Origin: Candidatus Altimarinota bacterium
GTDB taxonomy: Bacteria > Patescibacteriota > Gracilibacteria > 1-14-2-50-48-13
Reading direction: 5' to 3'
Assembly: GCA_046314355.1 (NCBI GenBank)
Contig: JBKBWQ010000001.1
Coordinates: forward strand, 1,536,001-1,600,000
Length of the DNA stretch: 64,000 nucleotides
Made by a program: the position numbers and the translations under genes. The notes under the pieces are model-generated. The model made no database searches and had not been told where the DNA came from. It saw only the letters and a program-made list of their open reading frames with translations. How positions within the stretch are numbered: the first letter of the stretch is position 1; every line of letters begins with the position of its first letter. Positions 45,001 through 51,973 of the stretch are shown in pieces.

Positions 45001-48000
45001 TACAACGCGGGGTACTCAGTCGCCATCTCTTACTGCGTCAGGATTTACACCTAATCTTGAGACTACTTACTACTGGAGAATAAAATTTTGGGATGATCAG
45101 AATACGGAAGGTACCTTCTCAAGCACTGCTTCATTCTATGTTCATGAAACAACTCCTCCGGCTCTTGCTTCATCCACACCAGCAAATAATACAACAAATG
45201 TAAATCCGACTACGAATGTTGTGTTAGCCTTTACGGATGCAATTTCCGGGGTAAATGCTTCAGATGTAAATGTGGTTATAGGTGGTCAAGATGCAATTCT
45301 AAACGGAACATGTCAAAGCGGCTATAGCTGTTCTTCAAACGTTATTACAAACGGAATTGAAGTAGCTGTGAATCCTGATGTGGATCTTACATTGAGTACA
45401 ACATATACAGTAAACTATTCAGTATCCGATCTCGCAGATATCCCAAATACATTATCAGGGTCTTTCAACTTTGCAGTACAAGCAGGTCCTTCTTCTCCTA
45501 CAAATCTTTTAGCAAACGGAGAGACAAATCCGACAGCTCTCAATACAACTGACATAGTATTCTCTGCTGTTCATAATGATCCGTCAGCAGTAGACGCTAC
45601 TAAATATAGAATACAAATTTCTACTGATAGTAATTTTGGAACGATATTCTATGATAATGGAGCCGGTGGTACTTCATTTAGTATTCCTGTAGAAGATGGA
45701 GAAAGGTCAGAGGATATTTCTACGCCAGCAAATTTTGCAGACAATACCACTTATTATTGGAGAATTCAGTTTTGGAATAATGCAGGACCAGGAGAATTCT
45801 CTCCTTCAAATACCGGAAGCGCAAGTTTTAGCATTCATCTCAATAGTGCGCCGACAGCCCCGACTAATTTATTTAGTAATACAGCATCAGAAGGTGCTCA
45901 GACAGGAATCACAAATCCTACTCTTGATAACAGTAATCTTGTCTTCTCAGCGATCTATAATGATCCTGATGTCACAGACACTGCAAATAAGTACCAGCTT
46001 CAGATTTCTACAGATAATACTTTTGCCTCCACAGATTATGACAGCGGTACTGAGGTCTCTATTGCAGATATTGCTGAGGGAACAAGAAGCAGCGATATTA
46101 CTCATGGATCATTTACTCCTGCAGATGATACTACATATTATTGGAGGATTAAGTTCTGGGATGATGAGAATACAGAAGGTACATTCTCAAGTGCAGCAAT
46201 TTTTACTATGAATATTAATGATGCTCCGGATGCACCTACTGATCTGTTTAGTAATACTGCCTCCAATGGTGCTCAGACTGGAGAGACAAACCCGACGGTG
46301 GACACTGAAGATATTGTTTTCTCAGCCGTATACACGGATCTTGATACAAGCGATGCTGCTGTAAAATATCAGCTTCAGATTGCTTCTGATGCAGCCTTTA
46401 CAAGTGTCAGCTATGATTCAGGGGAGACAACTCTTGGCTCTTCCATAGCAATTGGTGCGAGAAGTGAAGACATCCAGGCAACTGGATTCAGTCCTTTAGA
46501 TAATACAACATATTATTATCGAATAAAGTTCTGGGATACGGCAGATACAGAGGGAGCTTTCTCAGCTGCTGCTACATTTACTACAAATATAAATGACGCA
46601 CCTGCAGCTCCTACAAATCTCTTTGCAAATGACCAGACGGATGGTGCGCAGACAGGTCTCACAAACCCTACAAACCTTGAGACTACTTCTCCTGTATTCT
46701 CTGCCGTATACAATGATTCAGATGCAGGAGATACTGCAAACAAATACCAGCTTCAGATATCTACAGACGGTACTTTTGCAACTACAGACTACGATAGCGG
46801 CAACACAGGAACTACGATTGTAAATATCACAGAAGGAAACAGGTCTACTGATCTTACTCCAAGCGGCTTTACACCGCTCCGAGATACAACATATTACTAT
46901 CGAATAAAATTCTGGGATGCTTCTGGTGAAGAAGGTGTATTCTCTGCAAATGCAACTTTCCGTATTCCGACTATTATTATACCGGATACGACACCTCCTG
47001 TACTGGCACTTATTTCTCCTACTAACGGTCAAATAAATGTAAACGTAGGAACCAGTCTTACTTTTGATGTTACAGATATAGAGTCAGGGATAAAAGATAT
47101 CAAAATAAACTCAAGCTCTGCAGTCACTAACGGTATTTGTCAGGCAGGGTATACGTGTGATGTTGTACCAAATGGATACCATATTATTTTCTACCCAGCC
47201 CAGCCATACTCCTATGCCTCTACTGTGACCATTCAGATAACCGCTGCAGATAATGCTGCAAATACTCTGAATACTTCATACAGCTTTACGACACAAAAAG
47301 AGCCAATATATTCAGGACCAGGAGGAGGATATAATCCTCCAGCTGCAAATACGAATACAAATACTCACGGAGCTCCAACTACGCCTGATACTCAGACAAA
47401 TACGAATGCAAACGCTCATGTTCCTGGAGCTATGGATAATGAGTTCAAAACTCCAAGCATCAACCAATCTTTTGAACTTCGCTTAAATGAACGCATGAAT
47501 ATTCTTCTGGATACTATGGAGAAAAAAGAAGATATTCTGCATGATCTTCTCACCACTGATCCTGATGGTTTTGTTATGAGAGGTTTCCTTGCAAAGATCC
47601 TCATGCAGAGCAGATGCGCAGACAGCTGCGGCGCACTGCCACTTGTACCTCCATTCCCTGATGTGCCCTTAACCCATGCTAATGTGATCTATATCCATGT
47701 AGGCAAAGTGGCAGGAGTAATTACGGGATACTTGATGGATGGATACTTTAGACCGGATCGCCTCATTACGAGAGCGGAAGCATTGAAAATGATTATAAGA
47801 TTCTATATTGCAAATCCTCCGCTAGATCCTGCTCTTCCAGTGCCGTTTGTAGACGTACATAAAGAGGATTGGTTTAACCTCTATGTGTCTCTCGGCTTAA
47901 AGTATGGGATGCTGAATGCTTCTGAAAGCGGTTTCTATTATCCAAATGAATACATTACCCGTAAAGAAATCGCTCAGATGATGGCAAAAGCTCTCGATGC

Positions 48001-48013
48001 CATCAGTAACTAA
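30014..48013 (+). CDS. Giant (5999 aa) SLH-anchored surface protein: 5 Cys-rich beta-propeller-like modules, ~21 FN3-like modules, 5 LamG/ConA-like domains, 2 Ig-like domains, C-terminal SLH
   Basis: Signal peptide; blades with RIAYYD...DLKY..C-x4-C; 21 YYWRIKFWD-type motifs; LamG FDGVNDY...W.H...G.IDDVR.YNRALS five times; SLH GYFRPDRLITRAEALK and YPNEYITRKEIA. Confidence 0.9.
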   Translation: MLLSSYKKNKFGLLTSIFLPFILLVAYTLVMLPKADATTISTVVTSATDVGFYSATKVGTDGFARIAYYDTTDGDLKYIQCTNADCSTKNTATLDTTGDVGSSMDMIIAPNGKAMISYRDATNGKVKFANCNDDACSAPTINTIASSAQVVYTEKISLTLDFDERPRMLYRNSGNSIRQIRCTDVNCAGSVETQVTSSAAFPTIRMGLDGLPRFFFFSTSVGKPYYGVCFNADCNSNTINPTDTGSNTGYFTTFEIGTDGFGRLVYYDQTNGDLRFVQCTNYICTAFTGTNLDSSGTVGATPSITIDENDLARITYYAGAPTNDLKYIQCLNATCSSRTTTVLDTGGDVGTNSFVTLGLDGFPRITYYDTTNTDLKFIQCTSMACDSTFEPSNLYANTSNLGAQNGDTLPNTLKNTNVVFSAVHHDEQGDSADKYELQIATDTAFSALVYDSGGAGTGMSTTLADARSPDITPTGFTPEEGITYYWRIKFWDINNNEGSFPTTYSRFRVQQTPRVTTVDNSKDVGIFNITRVGSDGFARIAYYDYSNKDLKYTQCTNADCTTKNTVVLDSTGDVGSDTGMTIDTNGNAVIAYRDATNDRVKLLRCNDAACSSPTITTITGSTLVGGYRIDVALGLDDLPRMIYARSDSYLFHIRCTNASCSTNVVSQVSGISRVAFPSLAIANDGNSRIAYYNIDVSGRPYYAQCSNINCSSATQVEIEAINYSGYYISLAIGTDGFARLAYYDATSEDVRFSRCTNASCSTKTSVIVDGTGTMGTQTSMVLDRNDFARIAYMSDTPNFDLKYAQCLDMTCTTKTTNLLDTQNAVGYATSITLGLDEFPRISYYDYTNHDVKFAQCTSMACDGTYEPSNLFANTSDLGAQSGEYLPNTLKNTNVVFSAIHHDHEGDSANKYQLQIATDTLFSSLVYDSGASGTTMTTTAVNSRSPDLSPTGFTPTSGTTYYFRIKFWDTNDTVGPYPTVYSRFKVQQATTISRVDTANDVGIYSAVKVAPDGFARIAYYDSFNQDLKYTQCTNTDCTTKNTRILDSTGDVGAFPGITIDPSGNAVIAYKDATSDRVKIAHCNDAACSTPTLTTIASSSSIGSYKIDVVLGLDNLPRILYVRSDANMFHIRCTNVSCSTNVVSQVSGISRGVFARLAMGLDGNSKIAFYNIDTSGRPYYAQCHNINCSSASQAEVEAANGYGYYMNIAIGTDGLGRLAYQDAVNEDLKFVRCTNASCSTKTITSVDTVGSVGSYISMLLDRNDFARIAYMSDTPNFDLKYAQCLDMTCATKTMNLLDTQDAVGYTTDMALGVDEFPRITYYDYTNHDLKFAQCTSMACDGTYEPSNLLVNTSDLGAQNGDVLPNTLKNTSVVFSAIHHDHEGESANKYQLQVATDTAFTAVVYDSGASGTSMTTTAVNVRSPDFTPTGFTPTPGTTYYWRIKFWDTSDTAGPYPTTYSRFRVQQTPTISSVDTANDVGIYSTTKVASDGFARIAYYDSFNQDLKYTQCTNADCSTKNTRTLDSTGDVGAYLDMVLDVSGNAYISYKDATNDRVKIARCNDAACSSPTLTTITGSSVVGFYKIPITLGLDELPRIVYSSSANNIYHIRCTNVTCSTSAHNGISGISQGVFASIATGLNGYTRIAYYNANVSGRLYYATCTSDACSSASQAEVETISSIYYPSLAIGSTDGFARIAYWDTASSDLRFIRCTNESCSTKSAVAADTTGTVGYYPSLVLDGNDFARIAYLTEVPDFDLKYMQCLNTTCTTKTTNSVDTQDAVGYLPSLALGLDEFPRISYYDYTNHDLKFAQCTSMACNNTYEPSNLLVNTSDLGAQSGDTLPNTLKNTSVVFSGIHHDHEGDSADKYRLQIATDTAFSSIVYESGATGTAMTTTSVNARSPDFTPTGFTPTPGITYYWRLKFWDTTNEEGLFTSAYSRFRVQRIPTISTVESLKDTGFASSVKVGSDGFARMAYYDSYNKDLKYSRCTNADCTTKNTVTLDGTGDVGAYLDMLLDQNGYAQISYRDATNGRVKFAKCYDSDCSNTTPPTITSIPSATSVSEYMITIGLGTDNLPRMVYRRDDLQIVHIRCTIATCATATVNTSGLSQGAFPVMRVGTDNLTRIAYYNHNIGGRVYYAVCNNVDCTSASNTQVETIGTSYYNSLALDSSNIARIAYWDPNSNDLRFVQCTNSTCSANVATAVDTVGNVGAMTNMTLGSDGFARIAYLSDTPNFDLKYMQCTTISCSTSQVTSLVDTQGVVGFYPSIAMGLDDFARISYYDYSTHDLKFAQCGNFACDSTFVPDAPTVLYINTPENTAQTGLASPANFTSPNPPVYSAIYNAGQSGEAANKYRLEISTSNANESAFISGIVYDSGAAGTSMTNTADGARSPDLTATGFTPTANTTYYFRVRFYTTSGTIGVKSTAAQYNIIANVPPTPPTIPYANTAANGAQSGLTNPLSLNSTSLVFSAIHNDPEGDAANKYQLQISTDSTFATTAYDSGASGTSMTSTANGARSPDITPTGFTPSVATNYFWRIKFWDTAGAAGAYTTGTHSFFLPGYCAPSPSDMVSWWKAEGNAADSSDGNSGTLMNGTTFGPGKIGQGFSFDGVNDYITIPDAANQTPSTNLPPLNSKITLSAWVNPSTLSGHRSIITKYSSNISQSSWYLEIADGGGLSFGVYQDSSTYRGVTTPAGTLTANTWQHVTGVFSSVDQSLTVYVNGVVQSVTVAGGTVTSIADSSAPVFIGAITPGSGVISDYWSGSIDDVRFFNRALTQTEVTNIYNEAAGTVCSANTPSTPTNLFSETSYTGAQSGQTNPTLNTISPAFSAIYTHPDDVSGNKYQLQLASDAGFNDLIYDSGSSGTNMPTVTSGARSTNLSVPITLADDTTYYWRVRFWDINEHISAYSAGSSFSTAANCILSPSDMISLWAAEGNANDSTTLNSGTLQNGATTAAGKIGQAFSLDGVNDYIHIPDDPSQTPASGKITLSAWVNPTALGSVQSIATKYTSNTSNISWYLAMTPTGKAYLATYSNGGSTSRGMTTTANVITAGTWTLVTAVYDTSNQTSAIYINGVSQPIDITGSNLTSLFDSTSPIRIGSVVTSGGNLNEFWNGKIDDVRLYNRALSAAEVSELYSSQTDGNCNHAPTAPTSLFSNTANNGAQSGLTNPTALDSEDVVFSAIHNDLDTDAANKYQLQISTNSTFTSTVYDSGAGGTTIPTIANNARSSNISIPGGTLAKGVTYYWRIKFWDTDGNAGDFSPSGTNASYFFIPGLCPLVPTDMVSWWKADGNTNDSISSNNGTLTNGATYGEGKIGNAFSFDGVDDYVSGTASNFAGINQFTMSAWVKVNAFNATQVPIRIGLAEGNGGRRLEIRTNGSVCSDYYLQGTICSSAGAMVADTWYHLSITQTATTQSVYKNGVLLISTPNTPSPIGSNDFYIGRRTNTGGVSYPVNGFVDDARVYNRAISATEVAALYNEGSGNTCNNIPAAPTAPYSSIAANGAQSGQTNPTNLTSNTLVFSAIHHDLDTDAANKYQLQISTDNTFATTNYDSGSTGINMASTADGARSPDVTTTNFTPVSGITYYWRIRFWDTVGDPGTYSVPATFTTAGYCVAPPSDMTAWWQGEGNADDTPGTNDGILTNGATYTLGKRGQAFQFDGVNDYVNLPAGGAVSSGDFTISHWIRASDFASAHVIYEQGTNGYIQTRVMPGGQFLASVDGTNLDSANTTLTANTWYLLSMTYQGSSMKLYVNDSLAGTYTRTANYLRDRAQIGSNTDVSGNPIAFFAGLIDDVRIYGRALTGGEITNLYNEGAGTPCNLAPAVASNLYSNTTTAGAQSGQTNPMNLATENLVFSAIHNDPDADAANKYQLQISTDNTFLSLVYDSGASGTSMTSTANGARSPDIAPTSFVPDRGTTYYWRIKFWDSHNVQGPFSPSGSSAASFKVVVNTGPSAPTNLYANIASIGTASGRTNPTDLTSTSIYFSAINNDLDGDNVNKYQLQISTDNTFASINYDSGAGGLALTSTADGARSPNIGTASFIPAVGTTYYWRVKFWDIYNNEGTFSPSGNDASYFFIPGTCPYIANDMVSYWSGNITTTDTVSANNGTLTNGATYAAGKVGPSFSFDGVNDYVTVPDSSSLKVGSGDFSISLWFKATSTGNHQALFSKEGSAPNFPHYGIRIDPNNKLSAFATDCGTGVCGYGTSRHGVTGNTTVTDNSWHHVVFVKNGAEQTLYLDNILDGSLSEGPWNTDSTAPLTIGSQQGLAGTFVDGRIDDIRFFNRALSAQETTDLYHSATGTLCNAHPSAPTTLYVNTASLGAQSGQTNPTDLGSTNLVFSAINNDRETGDVANKYRLQIATDNTFATPLFDNGVAGMSVLNIIAGNRSPDISPTGFVPENDTTYYWRIKFWDDTPSEGDFSAPATFGIAVNTAPTAPTNLFSNTGTAQAGLTNPTRLNSSSVFFSAIYNDADTGDTANKYQLQISTDNTFATTDYDSGTTGTNIADIVRGSRSANITATGFTPTAGITYYYRIKFWDTANEEGAFSASGSSAASFYVNTAPTAPTVLYTNTAAVGAQSGLTDPTTLDSASIVFSALHDDADLDTANKYQIQISTDNTFATTTYDSGAGGTAMATTANGVRSPDLIPSGFTPVSDTTYYWRVKFWDIHGLSGSYSPSGSSAASFKVHLNAAPTAPTTLFSNTIGAQTGQTNPTNLNSTDVVFSAVNNDPDGDNANKYELQISSNNSFSSLIYDSGSAGTAMTSTDDGARSPDITIPGGTILTAGTYYWRIKFWDTNGNIGAYSPSGSSAASFGITLNSAPSAPTNLFSNTPAATAQAGQTNPTNLDSSSIAFSAVYNDPNTGDIANKYQLQISTDNTFATTNFDSGNTGTPIADITQGNRSTDIVPAGFTASDNTTYYYRIKFWDDENAEGIFSSTAQFTTAINDAPTAPTNLLVNGAATSSNLTTTSLVFSAQNNDPDTGDIANKYQLQISTDNTFAATDFDSGAGGTSMTNTTRGTQSPSLTASGFTPNLETTYYWRIKFWDDQNTEGTFSSTASFYVHETTPPALASSTPANNTTNVNPTTNVVLAFTDAISGVNASDVNVVIGGQDAILNGTCQSGYSCSSNVITNGIEVAVNPDVDLTLSTTYTVNYSVSDLADIPNTLSGSFNFAVQAGPSSPTNLLANGETNPTALNTTDIVFSAVHNDPSAVDATKYRIQISTDSNFGTIFYDNGAGGTSFSIPVEDGERSEDISTPANFADNTTYYWRIQFWNNAGPGEFSPSNTGSASFSIHLNSAPTAPTNLFSNTASEGAQTGITNPTLDNSNLVFSAIYNDPDVTDTANKYQLQISTDNTFASTDYDSGTEVSIADIAEGTRSSDITHGSFTPADDTTYYWRIKFWDDENTEGTFSSAAIFTMNINDAPDAPTDLFSNTASNGAQTGETNPTVDTEDIVFSAVYTDLDTSDAAVKYQLQIASDAAFTSVSYDSGETTLGSSIAIGARSEDIQATGFSPLDNTTYYYRIKFWDTADTEGAFSAAATFTTNINDAPAAPTNLFANDQTDGAQTGLTNPTNLETTSPVFSAVYNDSDAGDTANKYQLQISTDGTFATTDYDSGNTGTTIVNITEGNRSTDLTPSGFTPLRDTTYYYRIKFWDASGEEGVFSANATFRIPTIIIPDTTPPVLALISPTNGQINVNVGTSLTFDVTDIESGIKDIKINSSSAVTNGICQAGYTCDVVPNGYHIIFYPAQPYSYASTVTIQITAADNAANTLNTSYSFTTQKEPIYSGPGGGYNPPAANTNTNTHGAPTTPDTQTNTNANAHVPGAMDNEFKTPSINQSFELRLNERMNILLDTMEKKEDILHDLLTTDPDGFVMRGFLAKILMQSRCADSCGALPLVPPFPDVPLTHANVIYIHVGKVAGVITGYLMDGYFRPDRLITRAEALKMIIRFYIANPPLDPALPVPFVDVHKEDWFNLYVSLGLKYGMLNASESGFYYPNEYITRKEIAQMMAKALDAISN
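30125..36890 (+). repeat. Five ~1.43-kb (~475 aa) tandem propeller+FN3-like modules
   Basis: Module starts near 30125, 31552, 32977, 34405, 35835 (D(V/T)G....VG.DGFAR.AYYD). Confidence 0.9.
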
Positions 48014-48052
48014 TCCGAAAAACAGCACAGTAGCGTCATCCCGTTTGCTGCA

Positions 48053-48742
48053 TTAAAACCCCTCTTCCATATACTGCTTTTCACTAAAGGAAAGCTCATC
48101 CTTATCCAGCCATGAAAGAGCTTCAGGAATATTTTCAAAAATCGCGAGTTCTCTTATTTCCTCTTTTGTGACCCACATATTTCTATTTGTCTCCGTACCC
48201 TCGGAAACCTCACCTTCAATATGCTGTGCCTCCATTATATAGAAGTATTTATCCTCAAGCAGATTTCCCTCCGTATCATAATCCATTTTATGCTGAATAC
48301 CCAAGAGCCTAAAAGCAGCCCTGCATCCTGCATATTCTTCAAATACATGTTCAGCAGCTCTAAAGATAGTTTCTCCGCTCTGGACTTTACCGCCTATAAA
48401 TCCTACTTTCCCTGCAAAAGGATCTTTTAATCTTCCTGTAAGTAGAAAATACCTTTTTCCTCCAGCTTCTCTTTGAGCTGTGATACGGACACTGATCTTT
48501 CCCTGCATAGGAATCTCTCTCGTTTTCAGATCAAAACGGTTTGCAAACTCTTTTCCTCTTGTGGAGAGCAGATAGATCCCATTTACTTTCTGGACATAGC
48601 CCCGGTTGATGAGACTATTTACATGAAACGTAAAAGAATCTGTAGGAATTTTATTCGTATTGAGTTCAGAAAAACGCGCAGTTTTTATCACAAGAAGTCG
48701 TGTGAGAATTGAGGCTTGTATTTTATGCGGCTGATCAGACAT
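48053..48742 (-). CDS. Winged-HTH plus degenerate NUDIX-fold protein
   Basis: RFSELN...FTFHVNSLINRGYVQK..G.Y.LS.RG (wHTH); GGKVQSGETIFRAAEHVFEEYAG (Nudix box with the R and one E substituted). Confidence 0.75.
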   Translation of the reverse strand: MSDQPHKIQASILTRLLVIKTARFSELNTNKIPTDSFTFHVNSLINRGYVQKVNGIYLLSTRGKEFANRFDLKTREIPMQGKISVRITAQREAGGKRYFLLTGRLKDPFAGKVGFIGGKVQSGETIFRAAEHVFEEYAGCRAAFRLLGIQHKMDYDTEGNLLEDKYFYIMEAQHIEGEVSEGTETNRNMWVTKEEIRELAIFENIPEALSWLDKDELSFSEKQYMEEGF

Positions 48743-48832
48743 GGTCGTGAATAGAATCTTTTGATTTATTTAGTACTAAAACACATTCGAAGTCAAATGC
48801 AGGTAAAATATCATATGTTTTACGTATTTCAT

Positions 48833-49363
48833 TTATTTTTTAGACAGCATTTCCAGAGCAAGTGCTACTGCTTCTTTTGGGCTTGATGCTTCTCTTACTA
48901 AAGGCGCATCTTCGCCAAGCAGCGTACAGATTTGAAGAAGATTATCTGCACAAGCACCTGATCCTTTCAGTACTATAAGAGGACGCTTCTCTCCGATTGC
49001 CATGCAGGCTTCACTTAAAGTTCCCGACTTTCCGTTAATGGTGATCACAGCATCCGCGCTTCTTATAAAAATAACATTACGACCCTTGTAGCCTGCACCA
49101 GTATAAACAATAGTATCCAAATACTCTGATACAGTTTCAAAGTGAGCATCATGTCTGCCGTCTGCAGGTGCTATACCCAAAGTATTTCCTCCTGCAGATT
49201 TTGCTCCCCGTACAGCGCTGACGCCTATTCCTCCGCAGGCGCCTGTTAGAGTTATATGCCCCTGTAATCCAATTTCTTTTCCTACCTCATAAGCTAATTG
49301 AAGTATCTCATCGGAAAGTTCTGCACTTGCAGCTCCGGAGATTGCTATTTGATACTTGAGCAT
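48833..49363 (-). CDS. LOG/SLOG family protein (TIGR00725-like)
   Basis: LTGACGG, GAKSAGG, GRNV..IRSADAVI...G..GTLSE motifs. Confidence 0.85.
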   Translation of the reverse strand: MLKYQIAISGAASAELSDEILQLAYEVGKEIGLQGHITLTGACGGIGVSAVRGAKSAGGNTLGIAPADGRHDAHFETVSEYLDTIVYTGAGYKGRNVIFIRSADAVITINGKSGTLSEACMAIGEKRPLIVLKGSGACADNLLQICTLLGEDAPLVREASSPKEAVALALEMLSKK

Positions 49364-49523
49364 TTTTTTGTAATATAATGAATAAATACTTCAAAGATAG
49401 TATGTAGATAAAAAATGCAGAAAAATAGTGAAGTACAATTCACTAGAACCACATCTGCAATTTGGATAGTATAACTATCGAAGCTTCACTATTTATTTTT
49501 ATTATACCCATGGAGGTACACTT

Positions 49524-50048
49524 ATGATGAAAAAGATTGCTCTTGATGTCCGGACCGTATTATTGCTGCTCGATCCATCCAAAACAAAAATCCTTATTTT
49601 GAAGAGGAGTAACACAAAAAAACTGTTTCCTGAACTTATGACAGGTATCGGGGGAAAGGTAGAGGAAGGCGAGTATACAGATATTCTTGGTTCCATGATG
49701 AGAGAGTTCCAGGAAGAGACTTGTATCAATCCTCAAGATCTTGAGAGTATCAATCTTCGGTTGATCACATTAGATCAGAGAGGAGATAGTACACATCTCT
49801 TATACTGGACTACTGGAGTCCTAAAAAATCTTCCTGATGATTTATCATGTAACGAAGGAGAGCTGGAATGGCTGGATATTCAAAGATTATTGAAAGGGGA
49901 ATTTGATCAGTATGGAAAAGGATTTATAGCCTCTGCGGAAGTATGTATTAAATATATACTGCAGTTAGATACTCATGATCAGCTTATTCATACGGCAGTA
50001 ATGCATATGAATGAAGGGAAGCTTAAGCTATCTGCTGGCGCAGCATAA
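49524..50048 (+). CDS. NUDIX hydrolase
   Basis: GIGGKVEEGE.......REFQEET; CNEGELEW; SD GGAGG. Confidence 0.85.
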   Translation: MMKKIALDVRTVLLLLDPSKTKILILKRSNTKKLFPELMTGIGGKVEEGEYTDILGSMMREFQEETCINPQDLESINLRLITLDQRGDSTHLLYWTTGVLKNLPDDLSCNEGELEWLDIQRLLKGEFDQYGKGFIASAEVCIKYILQLDTHDQLIHTAVMHMNEGKLKLSAGAA

Positions 50049-50064
50049 TTCATTTATCATGACT

Positions 50065-50098
50065 AAAAGAGATATCCTTAAAAGATATCTCTTTTTTT
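50065..50098. terminator. Bidirectional intrinsic terminator
   Basis: AAAAGAGATATC-CTTAAAA-GATATCTCTTTTTTT between convergent genes. Confidence 0.85.
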
Positions 50099-50109
50099 AT
50101 TTATATTAT

Positions 50110-50850
50110 TTAAGAAGAGAGATAGAGCTCTTTAATAGCCGCAATACTTTTTTGCTTATCAAAAAACACATGAAGATTCATGGAAAAGTCATGAGATTTT
50201 TTTAGGGCAAGTCTCTCTTCAATCGTATAGGAATTCTGCTTGTCGTAGAACATCTCTCTCATACGGTCTTGCTGTACAAAGATAAAATCCTGAAATATTT
50301 CAATATCATCAAGCTGCTTTACACGCATCAGACTTCTTATTGCCATCTCAGAGATATCTTTATTGATATATGAAGCAGCAGGAAGGTTTTTGAGATCAAT
50401 GAAGAGTGATTTAGTAAGATCGATTGATTCCTTTATGATATCCATGATCTTTAGAAAATTTACTTTATGCTTTCCAGGAGTTGTATGTTTCTCAACGCAT
50501 GAGGCAAGATATGAAATTTTGTCAGAAGCTCTTTCAAGATGGCCACACTCCTCGATATCAGATAAAATCTCTTTTAAAATAAGATACTTATCTATTTCGG
50601 TTTCTTTTTCTTTCTGCTCAGAACCCATGTCCGAGAAAAAGGCAGGTGCCCATAAATTGCTAGGGGAAGGCTTACCACCTTTAAAATCTATAACTGAAGT
50701 ACACTTTTTTCTAATTTTTTCCGCTTCTACCTCTGTTTAATGAAGGAAATCTTTTATACTCGAAATACTTCCTTTGGATGTCTCCGTAGTCTCTACACTT
50801 TTTCCTTCGGTTTTAGTAGTGAAAACCTTAAACTCAATAATGTCGCCCAT
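50110..50850 (-). pseudogene. Hypothetical gene interrupted by one in-frame TAA at 50739-50737
   Basis: ATG 50850 is in frame with the 172-aa ORF; only codon 38 is a stop; promoter TTGACT-N16-TAAAAT lies upstream of 50850. Confidence 0.6.
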
Positions 50851-50991
50851 AGTTCAGTAAAAAATATTTGCTTTATTTTAGTAAAAAGGCTTCAGGAGTC
50901 AATATAATATAATGATTCATATAACCAACTTTGAATGATGAATCTCCTGGAATCACTTTATAGAATAATGCAGATTGTTTTAAAAGGTACT

Positions 50992-51948
50992 CTATAATTT
51001 TAGTTCTCCATGCGCTAATGACTCGAGTACTCTATTGTGACTTATAAATCTCTTCTCATTTTGCTCTTTTGCAAAGATTTCATGTTTTTCAAGGAGCATT
51101 AATAGAAAATATCCATGGATGAGAAGGAGGTTCTCAGTGGTTTTCAATATATTATATCCTTCCAGGAACGCATCGAATTCTTGGGGATCATAGATATAAT
51201 GAGTATCATGAAGAAGTAATGAGTAGAGAAACCTTCCGGTATCTCCATATGATTTCCCGCGCATTGCAGTATCAAAATCAAGAATTCCTGTGATGTGACC
51301 TGAGGCGTCTACATGTACATTTTCGAGATGAAAATCGCCGTGCATCGCTACTATTGGCAAATGTGATGATGCCTTTAACTGCTGTTTAAAATTTGAGAGT
51401 ATTGATGATGTATAGTCATAGATATCCTGAGATAAGTTGGCATGACTATATACCTCTACTTTATCAAGTCTCTCTTTTAACCAAAGATCCCAATCCTCTG
51501 ATGTCTGTATAGGATAGGTCTTACGAAACCAAAAAGGCTGAATCGGAAGTGCATGAAGTTGGGATAAGCTCGATCCTATTGATCTAAATATAGCTTTTTT
51601 CCCCTCGTTATCTGTGTTTCTCAAGTATTCAAGTGCTGTCTCTCCTGGAATAAACTCCAAAAGACTAAGCCCTGTATCTTCCCAAATGTCATGATAAAAA
51701 ATCTTAGGTACAGGCAATTTGCACTCTTTTAAATAGTTGAGGATCTGAATAGACTTTTCAAAATTCTTTAATCCGCTTTGTCGTGCAATAACAATAAAAG
51801 GATGTGAAGAAAGATGAGCTTTGTAAATCTTGCTGTTAAGACCTGAGGTTACCTCTTCGACGGAAAGAATAGTAGCTTCTGGAAAAGTAAGAGAAATGCT
51901 CTCTGATACTTTATCTAAAAGTTTTTTGTCTGTAATATCAGGCAGCAT
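50992..51948 (-). CDS. APH/choline kinase-like phosphotransferase
   Basis: LPVPKI, EFIPG, HGDFHLENV, GILDFD motifs; ATG 51948. Confidence 0.9.
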   Translation of the reverse strand: MLPDITDKKLLDKVSESISLTFPEATILSVEEVTSGLNSKIYKAHLSSHPFIVIARQSGLKNFEKSIQILNYLKECKLPVPKIFYHDIWEDTGLSLLEFIPGETALEYLRNTDNEGKKAIFRSIGSSLSQLHALPIQPFWFRKTYPIQTSEDWDLWLKERLDKVEVYSHANLSQDIYDYTSSILSNFKQQLKASSHLPIVAMHGDFHLENVHVDASGHITGILDFDTAMRGKSYGDTGRFLYSLLLHDTHYIYDPQEFDAFLEGYNILKTTENLLLIHGYFLLMLLEKHEIFAKEQNEKRFISHNRVLESLAHGELKL

Positions 51949-51973
51949 CTTGAACAATAGTATAAAATAAAAC

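Noticed and set aside
8987-47604. Numerous 60-170 aa ORFs inside the giant genes
   Set aside because: They are antisense or frame-shifted shadows of repetitive coding sequence with no independent signals.
30014-48013. Genetic code 25 or 4 (TGA as sense)
   Set aside because: Gly- and Trp-containing giant ORFs and conserved genes are full-length under code 11 with no in-frame TGA, and no tRNA with a TCA anticodon is in the window.
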